Positions 1 to 9,103 of a stretch of 64,000 nt of DNA are shown in pieces (within the stretch, counting starts at the first letter, position 1; each line of letters starts with the position of its first letter). This DNA is from an uncultured Nitrospinota bacterium (GTDB taxonomy: Bacteria; Tectomicrobia; Entotheonellia; J063; CAVPRW01), in the NCBI GenBank assembly GCA_963707985.1, contig CAVPRW010000016.1:1-64000 (forward strand), in the 5' to 3' direction. The notes beneath the pieces were generated by a model. The model saw nothing but the letters and a program-made list of their open reading frames with translations, searched no databases and was not told where the DNA came from. Made by a program: the position numbers and the translations under genes.

Positions 1-57
1 CCTAAGTGTCGCGGTATCTTTTAGAAAGCGCAGGAGTGCTATGCTCTTATTGGACAT
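1..57 (-). CDS. 5' end of an ORF running off the window edge (MSNKSIALLRFLKDTATLR...)
   Basis: ATG at 57, 19 open codons to position 1; lies just beyond the IS target duplication. Confidence 0.35.
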   Translation of the reverse strand, partial: MSNKSIALLRFLKDTATLR

Positions 58-72
58 AAGGATACTTACTCA

Positions 73-1802
73 CTAACATTGAGCAACCCTACCCGGGAGA
101 AATTTGATAAAGACAACAGACTTGTTCGCCAAGCAGACGGAGGACCTTGATCTGCACGTCGTTGAGGTCTTCGATAAGATCATGCACCCGCCCTTGCGCC
201 GTCACCCGGACGCGGTGCATGCCTTCCAACAGCTGGAACACCCAACGTAAGGTCGGCGCCGTGGTCGGTTGATGAATGTGGTTCGGCACCGTCTCGTTGT
301 GCGCGGCTAATTCCTGGCGCAGTCGGCGTTGTATCACCGAGTAGACCAACAACGCGAGGGTCATCACCATCAACAGCCCTTGGATACGGCAGGGCTTTTT
401 GACGAACACCGATGAGACAAAAAACAGCGGGTCTTTGAGCAAGCGAAAGCCTCCTTCGACACGGGACTGGCTTTTATAGGCCTGGATGCCCTCGGTATCG
501 CTCAACTCGCTGGCGTTAATGTTGGTTCCAAGGACAACGCACGCTTTGTATGGTTTCCGGTGCTCAAGTGCCTCCTGCTCAGGTCGGGCGTGGGCCTGGA
601 TTGGCCACGCGATCGCCTTCAGCGGCGTGTGCGGTGTCGGACGACCTTTACGTGCATCGCGTTTGTGTTCGATCAGGTTGTAGGACTCGACCTGGTGATA
701 CGTCCAGCTCCTGGCCAACCTTGCTAGCGCCTCTTGGGCCATCTCAGGGGTCTCGAAACGTTGGACTTGCAGGTGAAAGAGTTGTTGGGCTATGGCCGCC
801 TCTTCGCGCTGCCTGGCGTGGTTAACGGTGGCCTCGGCGCGCTCAAGGGCCGCTTGTGCATGTACCACCAGCCAGCGCTGGGCGATGCCGTCGTGACACA
901 ACTCAAGACGCTGATAGCGGGTTTTCTCATCAAGAGGGTGCCAGGTGTCCCCGGTGAGGGCTTGTCGGACCACCTGGGAGACGGAGCCCATGGTGTTGGG
1001 AATACGGGTGATGAAGCCAAGGTGTTCGAGGTTGGCGGCATTGTCGTCGTGGTAGAGGTTCGAGTCGGCGATCAGATACCGTGGGCTGGGCGCGTTCTTG
1101 AAGGCGGTCATCAACGCCTGCGCCCGCTCCTGGAACATCTGTGTGTCCGAGGTATGGCCGTCCCAGCTTTTGCTCAGAAAGGGGACACCCCCATCTTGAG
1201 ACACCATGAGTTCCAAGACCGCCTGCTGCAAGTCTGGCCGGGGATCTCTGGAGTAGCCATGGGTGCTGGTCATGGCGTGCTCATCACGTTCGGGAACGTA
1301 CTGACCGCTGAGTGAACAGCTGGTGGTGTCGAGCTGATTGCCGCGCCGGTCGATGCCTTCTTGGGCACAGACCGCCAGAGCCAGCTCCTGAAACAGGAGG
1401 TCGCAGCCATAGGTGTAGGCCTCATCGAGCGTACGGCCGAGCGTAAAGCGGTTGAACATGTCGGCGCTCATGCCTCCACGAAACAACAAATCGAGGGGTT
1501 TGCTCGCAAAAAACTGTGGGGTCAAGGACAACGGTCGGTTGGCACACCCGAGGCCATTCAGGATCATCCCAGCCACAGCTTCGCCGGGTGTGATGACTTC
1601 TTGTGCATCGGGCACGAGACGAGCCTTAATCATATGAACGAGGCCTAAGTCTGTGATCACAGAAGCGATCACGCCTCAGTGATCCAGGCGTTCGACGCAG
1701 ATCGATACCAGGCTGGGCTCCTCCACTGCCTCACCTTGAGGTCGCTACACCATCAGTGGAGGATAAACGGTTTTTTCTCGTTAAGCACCTGCTCAATGTC
1801 GG
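73..1802 (-). mobile_element. IS1634-family insertion sequence
   Basis: Imperfect terminal inverted repeats CTAACATTGAGCA (73-85) / TGCTCAATGTCGG (1790-1802); flanking direct repeat TTACTCA at 66-72 and 1803-1809; encloses DDE transposase. Confidence 0.85.
89..1726 (-). pseudogene. IS1634-family transposase with in-frame TGA near the N terminus
   Basis: GTG at 1726 with RBS; reads ERLDH*GVIAS (TGA 1676-1678); motifs LDTTS, HGYSRD, IADS, YKSQSRVEGGFRLLKDP. Confidence 0.85.
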
Positions 1803-1849
1803 TTACTCAATGATGGTTAAGGCCTTGGTCGCGCTCATAATACTTGGCT

Positions 1850-1915
1850 GTTTACCGCCGTAGCGATGAGCCGCACGCGTCCTTTTGCGCGTTGGTCTCC
1901 ATCGCCTTGTTGGGC
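1850..1915 (-). other. Integron attC-like recombination site (degenerate R' box)
   Basis: Minus strand GCCCAAC-AAGGC-GATGGAG...ACGCGC AAAAG GACGCGT...CTCATC-GCTACGGC-GGTAAAC: R'' box, 5-nt spacer, L boxes with one extra base, central stem, 66 nt. Confidence 0.6.
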
Positions 1916-2087
1916 GACGCATAGAGATTTCACGAGGTGATGTTGCGCCGCTGCCACCCCAATGCCTTCAATTCAAGAGGTCCGTAGCGAGAACGCTAAA
2001 GTGGCCAACGACTCATCCCACGCGATCCTCTCGGGACTTGCTGGCCTCTAACAGTTTGAACAGCTTGCACGTTGGGTGATGCTCGTA

Positions 2088-5000
2088 TCATCCTCCGCGA
2101 CGGGGGGCGTAGAGCGTTTGTTTCTTTAGGATCTCACGATGTAGCCGTCGGTACGGTGCGTACAAATGAGAATCCTTCGGAAGACCCGCAATGGCTTCAT
2201 TGACATGCAGCAAGGCCTGCCCGTAATCCCACCGATTGTAGTAGCTTTGTGCCAATAGATGGTGCCACTCATAGGTACCTGAAGCAATACTGTTCAGAAG
2301 CGTGATAGCGGTGTCCGCCAGTTCCTTGTACTTTTGCTGACGGAGCATTTCCTTAAGAGGATCGAGTTCCACCTTCATCTTCAGAGCGGTTGACCACGCT
2401 ACATAAAACTGCGCTAGCTCGGCCTTGATTTCTTTGCTCTGCGCCGAAACAGCCTCAAGTTCCCGCGCATAACCGTGCGCTTGCTCAAAGTTAGGAATCT
2501 CCAGGGCTATGTAATAGGTCATAAGCAGACGCAAGACCTGCTGGTCGTACCCGCTGGCCACCAGAATAGCCTCAAGCCGCTCTATCGCTTCCTGCGTTTG
2601 TCGCTTGATCTCTTTAAGATATTTGGCATAACGAAGGTTGAGAAGCAAGGAACTTGGGCGCTCTCTCAATTGCTCGGCTATAAAGTTCTCCGCGAGAAGA
2701 TAGTGCCCTTGAGAAATGTAATCCTCAAAGGTCAGCACAGCATCAAACTCCGCTTGCGTGTAATCCATCCGCTTATCCATTGCTAAACTAGAGATTTGAC
2801 GCTTGATTTCTGTAGCAAGCATGGCGTTTTCGAGAGTTAGTCGCCTCGTTAAAAATCGTACCTCATCGTTAATTCCATACTTCTCTTCTGTGCCTGTACT
2901 CATCGTACTTGCGCATTGAAAGCTAACCAACTGAGCTAACCTCTTTTCTATATTCCCCTCATCGACTGCGAGGATATCTGCTATTTGGCGGGCCATCAGG
3001 GAGCGAGCGCTTAACTCTAGTAGCAAAATGGTCCGAAGCTGAAGGTCATCCTTCTTGAGAAGATCAAATACTTCCGCAAAGCTGAAGTCGACGACCTTGG
3101 TGCCCGCTGTTGATAATCTCTGTAGAACCGCACCTATTTCACAACTGTACTCATAAACCTGGCCGTAACAATGCTTGATGATCAGGGGAATACCCTGTGT
3201 GGTCTCGTATAGCGCATCTTGCTGCTGGTCTGTGAGTTGTTGCTTCCCAGAACGTGCGTACGGCTCATACAATCGCTGCATTAGCTGTTTCGATTCTCGC
3301 TTATCTAACCCCTTCAGCCTGATCTGATGAAAGCCGGATGGAATCAATTCCCGCGAGGTGACGAGCACTTTGAAGTAGTCTGGTTTGTCTCGGAGGGCTC
3401 GCTTTGCTGTGACGCCGAAGAAATTCAAGATATCCTCCTGCCCAGTGCGCGCAACGCTCTCGAAATTGTCGAGGATTAAGAGCGTTTTCTCGTTTCGCAA
3501 CATCTCCAGCACCAGCGACTTTTTCTCGTCGGGTTTGTACGTGTTGGCGTCTTCAAATTCGTGGAACTCGAGGATAGCTCCTAGGACGTTATCAAGTGAT
3601 TGGAATTGAGGTTGACCTGCCTCTACTCGGTCGAGCGTAGGGTCATAGTAGTCGGGCTTCGCCGAAACCCAGATGCTGTTCTGGAAATAGACGAGTTTCG
3701 GAGACGCTTCCTCGAAAAGCCGCCGAGAGAGCTCGATCAACAAAGCCGTCTTTCCGACGCCTCCAGGACCGTGCACAATGCCATTCTGGTTGGGGATTTC
3801 GATAATCTGCTCCATGATATTGGAGATTTGTTGTTTCCGTCCGACGATCGGGCCGTGCGCCGGGATATTCGCTCTGACGCCCAAGTGGTTCACAGTAGGC
3901 GTAACTTCGGTCCAGAACAACCCTTGTAAATCTGCCGCAATCGTCGTCCGCAGTGCGACGTGGCTAAACTTGCGCTTGGTTGGTTCTACGTGGCCTGCGA
4001 GCCCAAAGACAGCGTCGTACTCGTAACCGCGTGCCTTAGTGCGGGTGTAGTAGTGAAGTTTATTCTCTCTGATAACAATGAAGGGAAAGAGGTCCAGCAC
4101 GGTATCCCCTTTTTCCTCGGTCAGGAGAAGTTCATAGGTCTCCAGGCGGTTGTTATCCAGGTCCTCATATGTTTGTGTCACGCTATCTACGGAAGCCCGC
4201 AGATTTCGATAGGTCGTCACCAGGACATCGAACTCGTCGCTGTCGTTGCGCACGCGCTCGATTCTTCGTACTCGGAATGTCAGCGACCGGAGTGGTGCGA
4301 AGTAATCGAGGAGCAACGAAAGCGCTGCGCGCCATCTGGCCACATCGGCGCCTCGTAGAACATCCGCTGAGGTCGGTTCGAATTGGCCTGATAGTTGGCC
4401 CTCGTACTTTCCGAACTCTGGCAGCACATATTCCAAGACCGGCTTTCTGAGTTGGCTCTTCTTGACGATGCGCCCACGGTCCCCAGGAGGGGGGAACACT
4501 TTCTCTAAGTCGTCGAGCAGATCACCGACTGGGCCGAGAGTAGGATTCTCTGCCATTAAAGCGCGCAGAGTGCAGACAGCACTGGGTGCATGCTCATCGA
4601 CAAGATGGTAGCAGTGGCGCGCAAGCCTCTGCAGTGTCACCAGCGCAGGATCTCCGAAACTCTGAGCAAGGACCTGCCTAATCGGTCGGACCTTTTTGGC
4701 ATCTGCGCTGGACTGATCGATGATTCGCTGTTCATAGTGGCGAAGTGTTGCCGCGATGAAAGTCATGGCGGTCAGCTTGCAGGCGCGGATCGCGGCCTTC
4801 ACAATCTCCTGGAATTGTTGTGGCGTCTCGAATTGTTCAAGGCTTTTGAAGAACGTTTCAATATCGCCAAAGGGGAGGTCGATCTTCTCGTGCGCTTGGT
4901 CGATGATACTGTCGATGATTGCGATAATTACCTGGAACGCTTCAAAATGGAATATACCGAAGGCCCCCTTTCCGGCTACCACGTTCTTGGCAAAGTCTGC

Positions 5001-5549
5001 TTTAGACAGGGCTATGTTGCGACTTCGCTCGTCGTAGACTTCCGAGTCCACGATTCGCACCCGGCCACCCTTTCCCTCCGATGGAAGTTTGCCTTTATTG
5101 CCGATACTCAGCTTAGAATCTGCCCGGTGTCGCCCGCTGGTCGGATTGAATTCTGTTGAAAGAAAGAGCCGCCTTCCCTCCTCATCGGGGGTTCGCAGCT
5201 CGTCGTCGGTATAATAAGACTCAATGCAAATCACCGATTGGTCATTTCGATGTGTGGGAATAGGTATCGCGAAGGAATAGACGTTGTTCCCCCATACCTT
5301 GTAACTTAGGTTGGCGTCCTCGACCTTGCGGACAATTTCGTCTTTGTCGCGATCGAAAATGAAAATTGTGGGAAGAGGTTGTGCTACACGTGCCAGTCCA
5401 GCACATTGTTTGAGCAGTTGGTCATCCCCGAAGTCGTTATCGAATTCCTCGAAGGCCAGCCTGGTTCCTACTCCGAGAGCTTGGAACGCGCGCTTTAAGT
5501 GTTGCCAATCGGTCTTTCCCTCCGTCCATATAACGGCTTCGGCACCCAT
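2088..5549 (-). CDS. TOPRIM nuclease - STAND (NB-ARC-like) NTPase - winged helix - TPR protein; candidate antiviral STAND
   Basis: N-terminal IWTEGKTD and FIFDRD (TOPRIM E and DxD); IVGR...HGPGGVGKT Walker A, LLILDNFE Walker B, LVTSR sensor, TQGIPLII; helical repeat C terminus; uninterrupted 1153 aa. Confidence 0.85.
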   Translation of the reverse strand: MGAEAVIWTEGKTDWQHLKRAFQALGVGTRLAFEEFDNDFGDDQLLKQCAGLARVAQPLPTIFIFDRDKDEIVRKVEDANLSYKVWGNNVYSFAIPIPTHRNDQSVICIESYYTDDELRTPDEEGRRLFLSTEFNPTSGRHRADSKLSIGNKGKLPSEGKGGRVRIVDSEVYDERSRNIALSKADFAKNVVAGKGAFGIFHFEAFQVIIAIIDSIIDQAHEKIDLPFGDIETFFKSLEQFETPQQFQEIVKAAIRACKLTAMTFIAATLRHYEQRIIDQSSADAKKVRPIRQVLAQSFGDPALVTLQRLARHCYHLVDEHAPSAVCTLRALMAENPTLGPVGDLLDDLEKVFPPPGDRGRIVKKSQLRKPVLEYVLPEFGKYEGQLSGQFEPTSADVLRGADVARWRAALSLLLDYFAPLRSLTFRVRRIERVRNDSDEFDVLVTTYRNLRASVDSVTQTYEDLDNNRLETYELLLTEEKGDTVLDLFPFIVIRENKLHYYTRTKARGYEYDAVFGLAGHVEPTKRKFSHVALRTTIAADLQGLFWTEVTPTVNHLGVRANIPAHGPIVGRKQQISNIMEQIIEIPNQNGIVHGPGGVGKTALLIELSRRLFEEASPKLVYFQNSIWVSAKPDYYDPTLDRVEAGQPQFQSLDNVLGAILEFHEFEDANTYKPDEKKSLVLEMLRNEKTLLILDNFESVARTGQEDILNFFGVTAKRALRDKPDYFKVLVTSRELIPSGFHQIRLKGLDKRESKQLMQRLYEPYARSGKQQLTDQQQDALYETTQGIPLIIKHCYGQVYEYSCEIGAVLQRLSTAGTKVVDFSFAEVFDLLKKDDLQLRTILLLELSARSLMARQIADILAVDEGNIEKRLAQLVSFQCASTMSTGTEEKYGINDEVRFLTRRLTLENAMLATEIKRQISSLAMDKRMDYTQAEFDAVLTFEDYISQGHYLLAENFIAEQLRERPSSLLLNLRYAKYLKEIKRQTQEAIERLEAILVASGYDQQVLRLLMTYYIALEIPNFEQAHGYARELEAVSAQSKEIKAELAQFYVAWSTALKMKVELDPLKEMLRQQKYKELADTAITLLNSIASGTYEWHHLLAQSYYNRWDYGQALLHVNEAIAGLPKDSHLYAPYRRLHREILKKQTLYAPRRGG

Positions 5550-5551
5550 CC

Positions 5552-6919
5552 TTATTCCTCCTCGCCACGCAGGTCGTTTCGGATCCCCGCCGGGGCACGG
5601 GGAATCGAGGGCTCGGGGCTGGCATAGTAACGTCCCTGTCGACAGCGCCGGTAGGAGGCGCTGTGCTCGATCTCGTGCAGCGCGATGTCGATGTGCGGCG
5701 GCGTCAAGCCCGGAAACGCCACTTCGAACAGGGCATCTCGCTCGGCGATACCGAACAGGTTGGAGCCTAATCCCTCGGCGTGTCCCACCAGGCTGTGGAG
5801 AAACACGGTCTTCCTTGTATATGCGAACCGTGGGACGCCAGCCGGATGCGGATTCTTCTGGTCGGCGAGCTGTGCTCGGCTTTGACCGGCGGCCAGGGAT
5901 GCCGTGTCGGCGCCGCCGATATCGGTATTGAGGACGGGCCGCAGATCACCCCCGCCGGTGCAGCCGAGGATTCCGTTGACAGTGCGGGCTTCGCGCACAT
6001 CGAGATGACAGGTGTGGATCATGGGCACGTGCTGCTGTTGGCTCCAGAGGCTGCGTACCGCCAAGGCCAGGACGTGCAGGACCCCGCGGGTACCCTGAAA
6101 GGTCTCGATGGTGGCCAGTTTCTGGGTCAGGAACTCCATACAGGTCGGATGGAAAGGATAATGGGACACCATCGCTGCGCGGAAATCCTCTCGTTTGACG
6201 CGGTCAGGGAGGGCAGCGGCGCTCTTGCCGTACCTATCCATATAGGCGTTTGCCGTCTCGCGGGCGGCCTGCTGATCGATGCGATCGAACAGTCGTCGGG
6301 CCAGCACCCGCGAGATCTCTGCGGCCTGTACTGGCACCACGGTCACCGCATCGCGGGCTACGACGCTGCGAATGCCACGCTCGGCTTGCTCCGCCATGCC
6401 GAGGGCCATGTCCTCGTCCACGTCCTCGCCCCGCACCGTGGAGATGAGCTCGACCAGGCGACTGGTTTGACGGGCGAAAGCATCGCTCTGGCTGGCGAGC
6501 GTGAGCACGACGGCAATCCCAGCATGGGTACGGGCGTAGCCATGCAAGGCGAGCAGGAAGGTCGACAGCTCGCGGCCGCGGAAACCCAGATGGGTCAGGG
6601 CAATTAGGGTATGTGTCTTGCCCCCACCAAATACCGTTTCGAGGCGGTGCAGCGCTGGGGTGCTGAGCTCGCCGGCGAGACGGCTGAAGACATCGGTGAG
6701 GACCATGCGCAGGCCCTCTGTGGCAGACGTCGCGTCGCGAAAGAACTGCTCGGCATCGGTGTAGAGCGCATGCGTGACGGCCGGTTTGCCATGATAGTGA
6801 TCCACCACCTGGCTCACGCTGGCGGTGAAGATCTCTGAATTGAAGGAGCCTTGCAAGATATCCTGGCGGGGTTGGCAGGTCTGCTGAATAGATAACATCG
6901 CGCGGTTCCTCGAGGTCAA
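5552..6919 (-). pseudogene. DUF499-family ATPase, internally deleted and C-terminally truncated
   Basis: LETVFGGGKTHTLIAL Walker A, HYPFHP, FQGTRGVL; no Walker B segment between GRELS and FLLALHGY; ends after YYASPEP. Confidence 0.75.
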
Positions 6920-6976
6920 ACAGGTCGTGTGGTGACCATGACGACCAAGACGACGGCGCTATTCTATCAAAATAAG

Positions 6977-6988
6977 ATCAATATTGAT
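6977..6988. promoter_or_regulatory. Perfect palindrome ATCAATATTGAT in an AT-rich divergent promoter region
   Basis: 12-bp palindrome within the AT-rich tract ~6960-7010 between divergent genes. Confidence 0.35.
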
Positions 6989-7151
6989 ATATAAATATGA
7001 ATAATCTGACACTGATGGATGATCACCCGACCGCGAGAGGGAGGATAGGGGGGACTCGCCACGTGACAGATGTGATATGATACCTGTTGTTAGAATCATG
7101 ATCGCGAAGAAAAATGTAGGTCGCGCGTTGCGTGCCCCATGGGAGTCCGGT

Positions 7152-8462
7152 ATGCCGTCCGAGGGTTCCCTCACAGTTCAACCCGATGGCTCGCTCGCGG
7201 TGCCTAAGCACCCCGGAGAAGACACGACCGCCTTAGACGCGACATTGTCCGCCTTTGCAGAACCGGCCAGTGCGACTGAGGCCCAAAGCCTTTACCAGCT
7301 CACCGCAGCCTCGATCTGGCGAGCCAGGCGCCAGGGACTCTCCCTCGCCGACATCTTGCAGACGCTTGAGACGCATAGTCAAACCGACATCCCAGCCAAC
7401 GTTCGCGCCGACATCGAGCGCTGGAGCACGCAGATCGACCGCCTGACGCTCGAGGCCGATCAGGGCCGACTACTCCTGCGGAGTGATAATCCTCTGGTTA
7501 TCACCGCCGTACGGAGCCATCGCACTCTCGGCACGTTCGTCACTGACCAGATCGATGCAACGACCTTGGAGCTACGGGCGCATACCTACCCAGAGGTCGT
7601 TCAGCTCTTTGATGCCTGCCAATATCCGTTCCTGGACCGGGTGCAGGAGGGGTGGAAGACGTTCGCCCCGCCATCTGCCACCTCCCGGCGCCGTGGCGGG
7701 AGATCGACCCAGACATCGACCCGTCGGGCACGGGCAGGGCGCCGCCGCGGTGGATCGCATCGAGGGACGGTGCCTCACCTGGGAGGCGAGCTAGCCACGA
7801 GGCCTCAGTCGGGGGCACAGCCCATCCCCCTCGCTGACCTGTTCCGCAGCCATCGCTCGCATCGATGTCAGGCGACCACCAGGGCTGGCCGGCAATGTAA
7901 AAATCGGGCACAACCATCCTCTTCATTCTGCCGGGTCCATGCGGATTGGGCCCCAGACTCAGCGCCCCTCGACACCCTCACGCAGCAGGCCGACCTCTAC
8001 AGCTATCTCCTCGAACTCATGCTGCATGCAGGCTTGATAACGCTGGCCCAGCTGACGATGGTTCGCACGGGGATCTTGTTGGGTATAGGCCTGGGCACCT
8101 GGTTGCTGTATGCGCTCCTCATGTGGATCGGTGTTGGGTGGTTCCACGTGCCACTCGCTTCCTGGTACACTGCAGGCATTGCCTTCCTGCTCACGTGTTG
8201 GTTCCTGGGGAAAAGCCTTGTGCGGATCGGTCTCTGGATGAGTCTGCGTCTGCTCTTTTTCCTGGTGTCCTCGCTCCTGGTCGACCTTTTCCACAAGGAA
8301 GGCTTGATCCTCAATATGTGCTTTTTCCTGATGCCGGTCGTATTGCCAGTGGCGCTGCTGTTCGGGTTTGAGCTCTCGCTCTGGTGGGGCTTCCTGCTGT
8401 TTCCGAGCGGTTTTGTGATTGGCAAGCTGTTGTATACTTTCCTCGAAGAAAGATCCGCATAG
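7152..8462 (+). CDS. XPB/Ssl2 N-terminal (helicase-associated) domain + CCCH zinc finger + C-terminal transmembrane helices
   Basis: LTVQPDGSL...FAE...YQLTAASIWRARRQGLSLADILQTLETHSQTDIP resembles the bacterial XPB N terminus; CQATTRAGRQCKNRA..FCRVH; hydrophobic last ~140 aa; no Walker motifs. Confidence 0.7.
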   Translation: MPSEGSLTVQPDGSLAVPKHPGEDTTALDATLSAFAEPASATEAQSLYQLTAASIWRARRQGLSLADILQTLETHSQTDIPANVRADIERWSTQIDRLTLEADQGRLLLRSDNPLVITAVRSHRTLGTFVTDQIDATTLELRAHTYPEVVQLFDACQYPFLDRVQEGWKTFAPPSATSRRRGGRSTQTSTRRARAGRRRGGSHRGTVPHLGGELATRPQSGAQPIPLADLFRSHRSHRCQATTRAGRQCKNRAQPSSSFCRVHADWAPDSAPLDTLTQQADLYSYLLELMLHAGLITLAQLTMVRTGILLGIGLGTWLLYALLMWIGVGWFHVPLASWYTAGIAFLLTCWFLGKSLVRIGLWMSLRLLFFLVSSLLVDLFHKEGLILNMCFFLMPVVLPVALLFGFELSLWWGFLLFPSGFVIGKLLYTFLEERSA

Positions 8463-8566
8463 TTCTGGGTATAGGCGGACGTCTGGCTTCACGATAACGA
8501 AGTGGACTGCTGTATTTAGAAAGAGAAGGTAGTCCATGTCGACAGACTAGATGACGGAGACAAATT

Positions 8567-8773
8567 ATGGTGAGGTATTTTACGCTTGAATACTGGTTCG
8601 ATGATGGCTGGTATGTTGGTAGGCTCAAGGACGTTCCCGGTGTGTTCAGCCAGGGGGAAACGCTTCAAGAGCTCGAGGAGAACATCGAGGAAGCCTTCCG
8701 GCTTATGGTGGAGGCAGAAGAGCGCAGCCCTCGGGCTGGGGCGCAGAGCAAGGAAATCGCGTTAGAGGTGTGA
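8567..8773 (+). CDS. hicB: HicB-family antitoxin (short form)
   Basis: DDGWYVGRLKDVPGVFSQGETLQELEENIEEA. Confidence 0.85.
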   Translation: MVRYFTLEYWFDDGWYVGRLKDVPGVFSQGETLQELEENIEEAFRLMVEAEERSPRAGAQSKEIALEV

Positions 8774-9060
8774 GGCGACGTGAGTTTATCCGCGAGCTTG
8801 TCGAGGCAGGTTGTTATGTGCAGCGGCATGGCAAGAAGCACGACATTTACGCGAATCCCAGGACCGGCAAAAAAGCCCCTGTTCCACGCCATCCCGACGT
8901 CAAAGAAAGTCTCTGCGATCTCATCTGGAGACAGCTTGGACTCGGATGGAGAGATTTTTCCGATAGCGGCTCTGAGTCCCCCGCGAAATACCTAGCAGTA
9001 ACCAGCACCTTCGGCATCGGTCTAGGTCTCCCAAAGACAGTGCTGAGTGCTGAGGACTGA
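8770..9060 (+). CDS. hicA: HicA-family toxin, C terminus possibly extended
   Basis: RREFIRELVEAGC..RHGKKHDIYANP...VPRH; GTGA overlap with hicB. Confidence 0.8.
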   Translation: MRRREFIRELVEAGCYVQRHGKKHDIYANPRTGKKAPVPRHPDVKESLCDLIWRQLGLGWRDFSDSGSESPAKYLAVTSTFGIGLGLPKTVLSAED

Positions 9061-9103
9061 GTGCTGAGTCAGAAGCTGGCAAAAACTCGGTCCTCAGCAC
9101 TCA
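9041..9103. repeat. TGCTGAG heptamer repeats forming a 19-bp hairpin between convergent genes (possible terminator)
   Basis: TGAGTGCTGAGGACTGAGT (9044-9062) pairs with ACTCGGTCCTCAGCACTCA (9085-9103). Confidence 0.6.

Noticed and set aside
2088..6919. Retron, because of the Ec67-like TOPRIM
   Set aside because: No reverse transcriptase (YADD-type) ORF or msr-msd repeats seen
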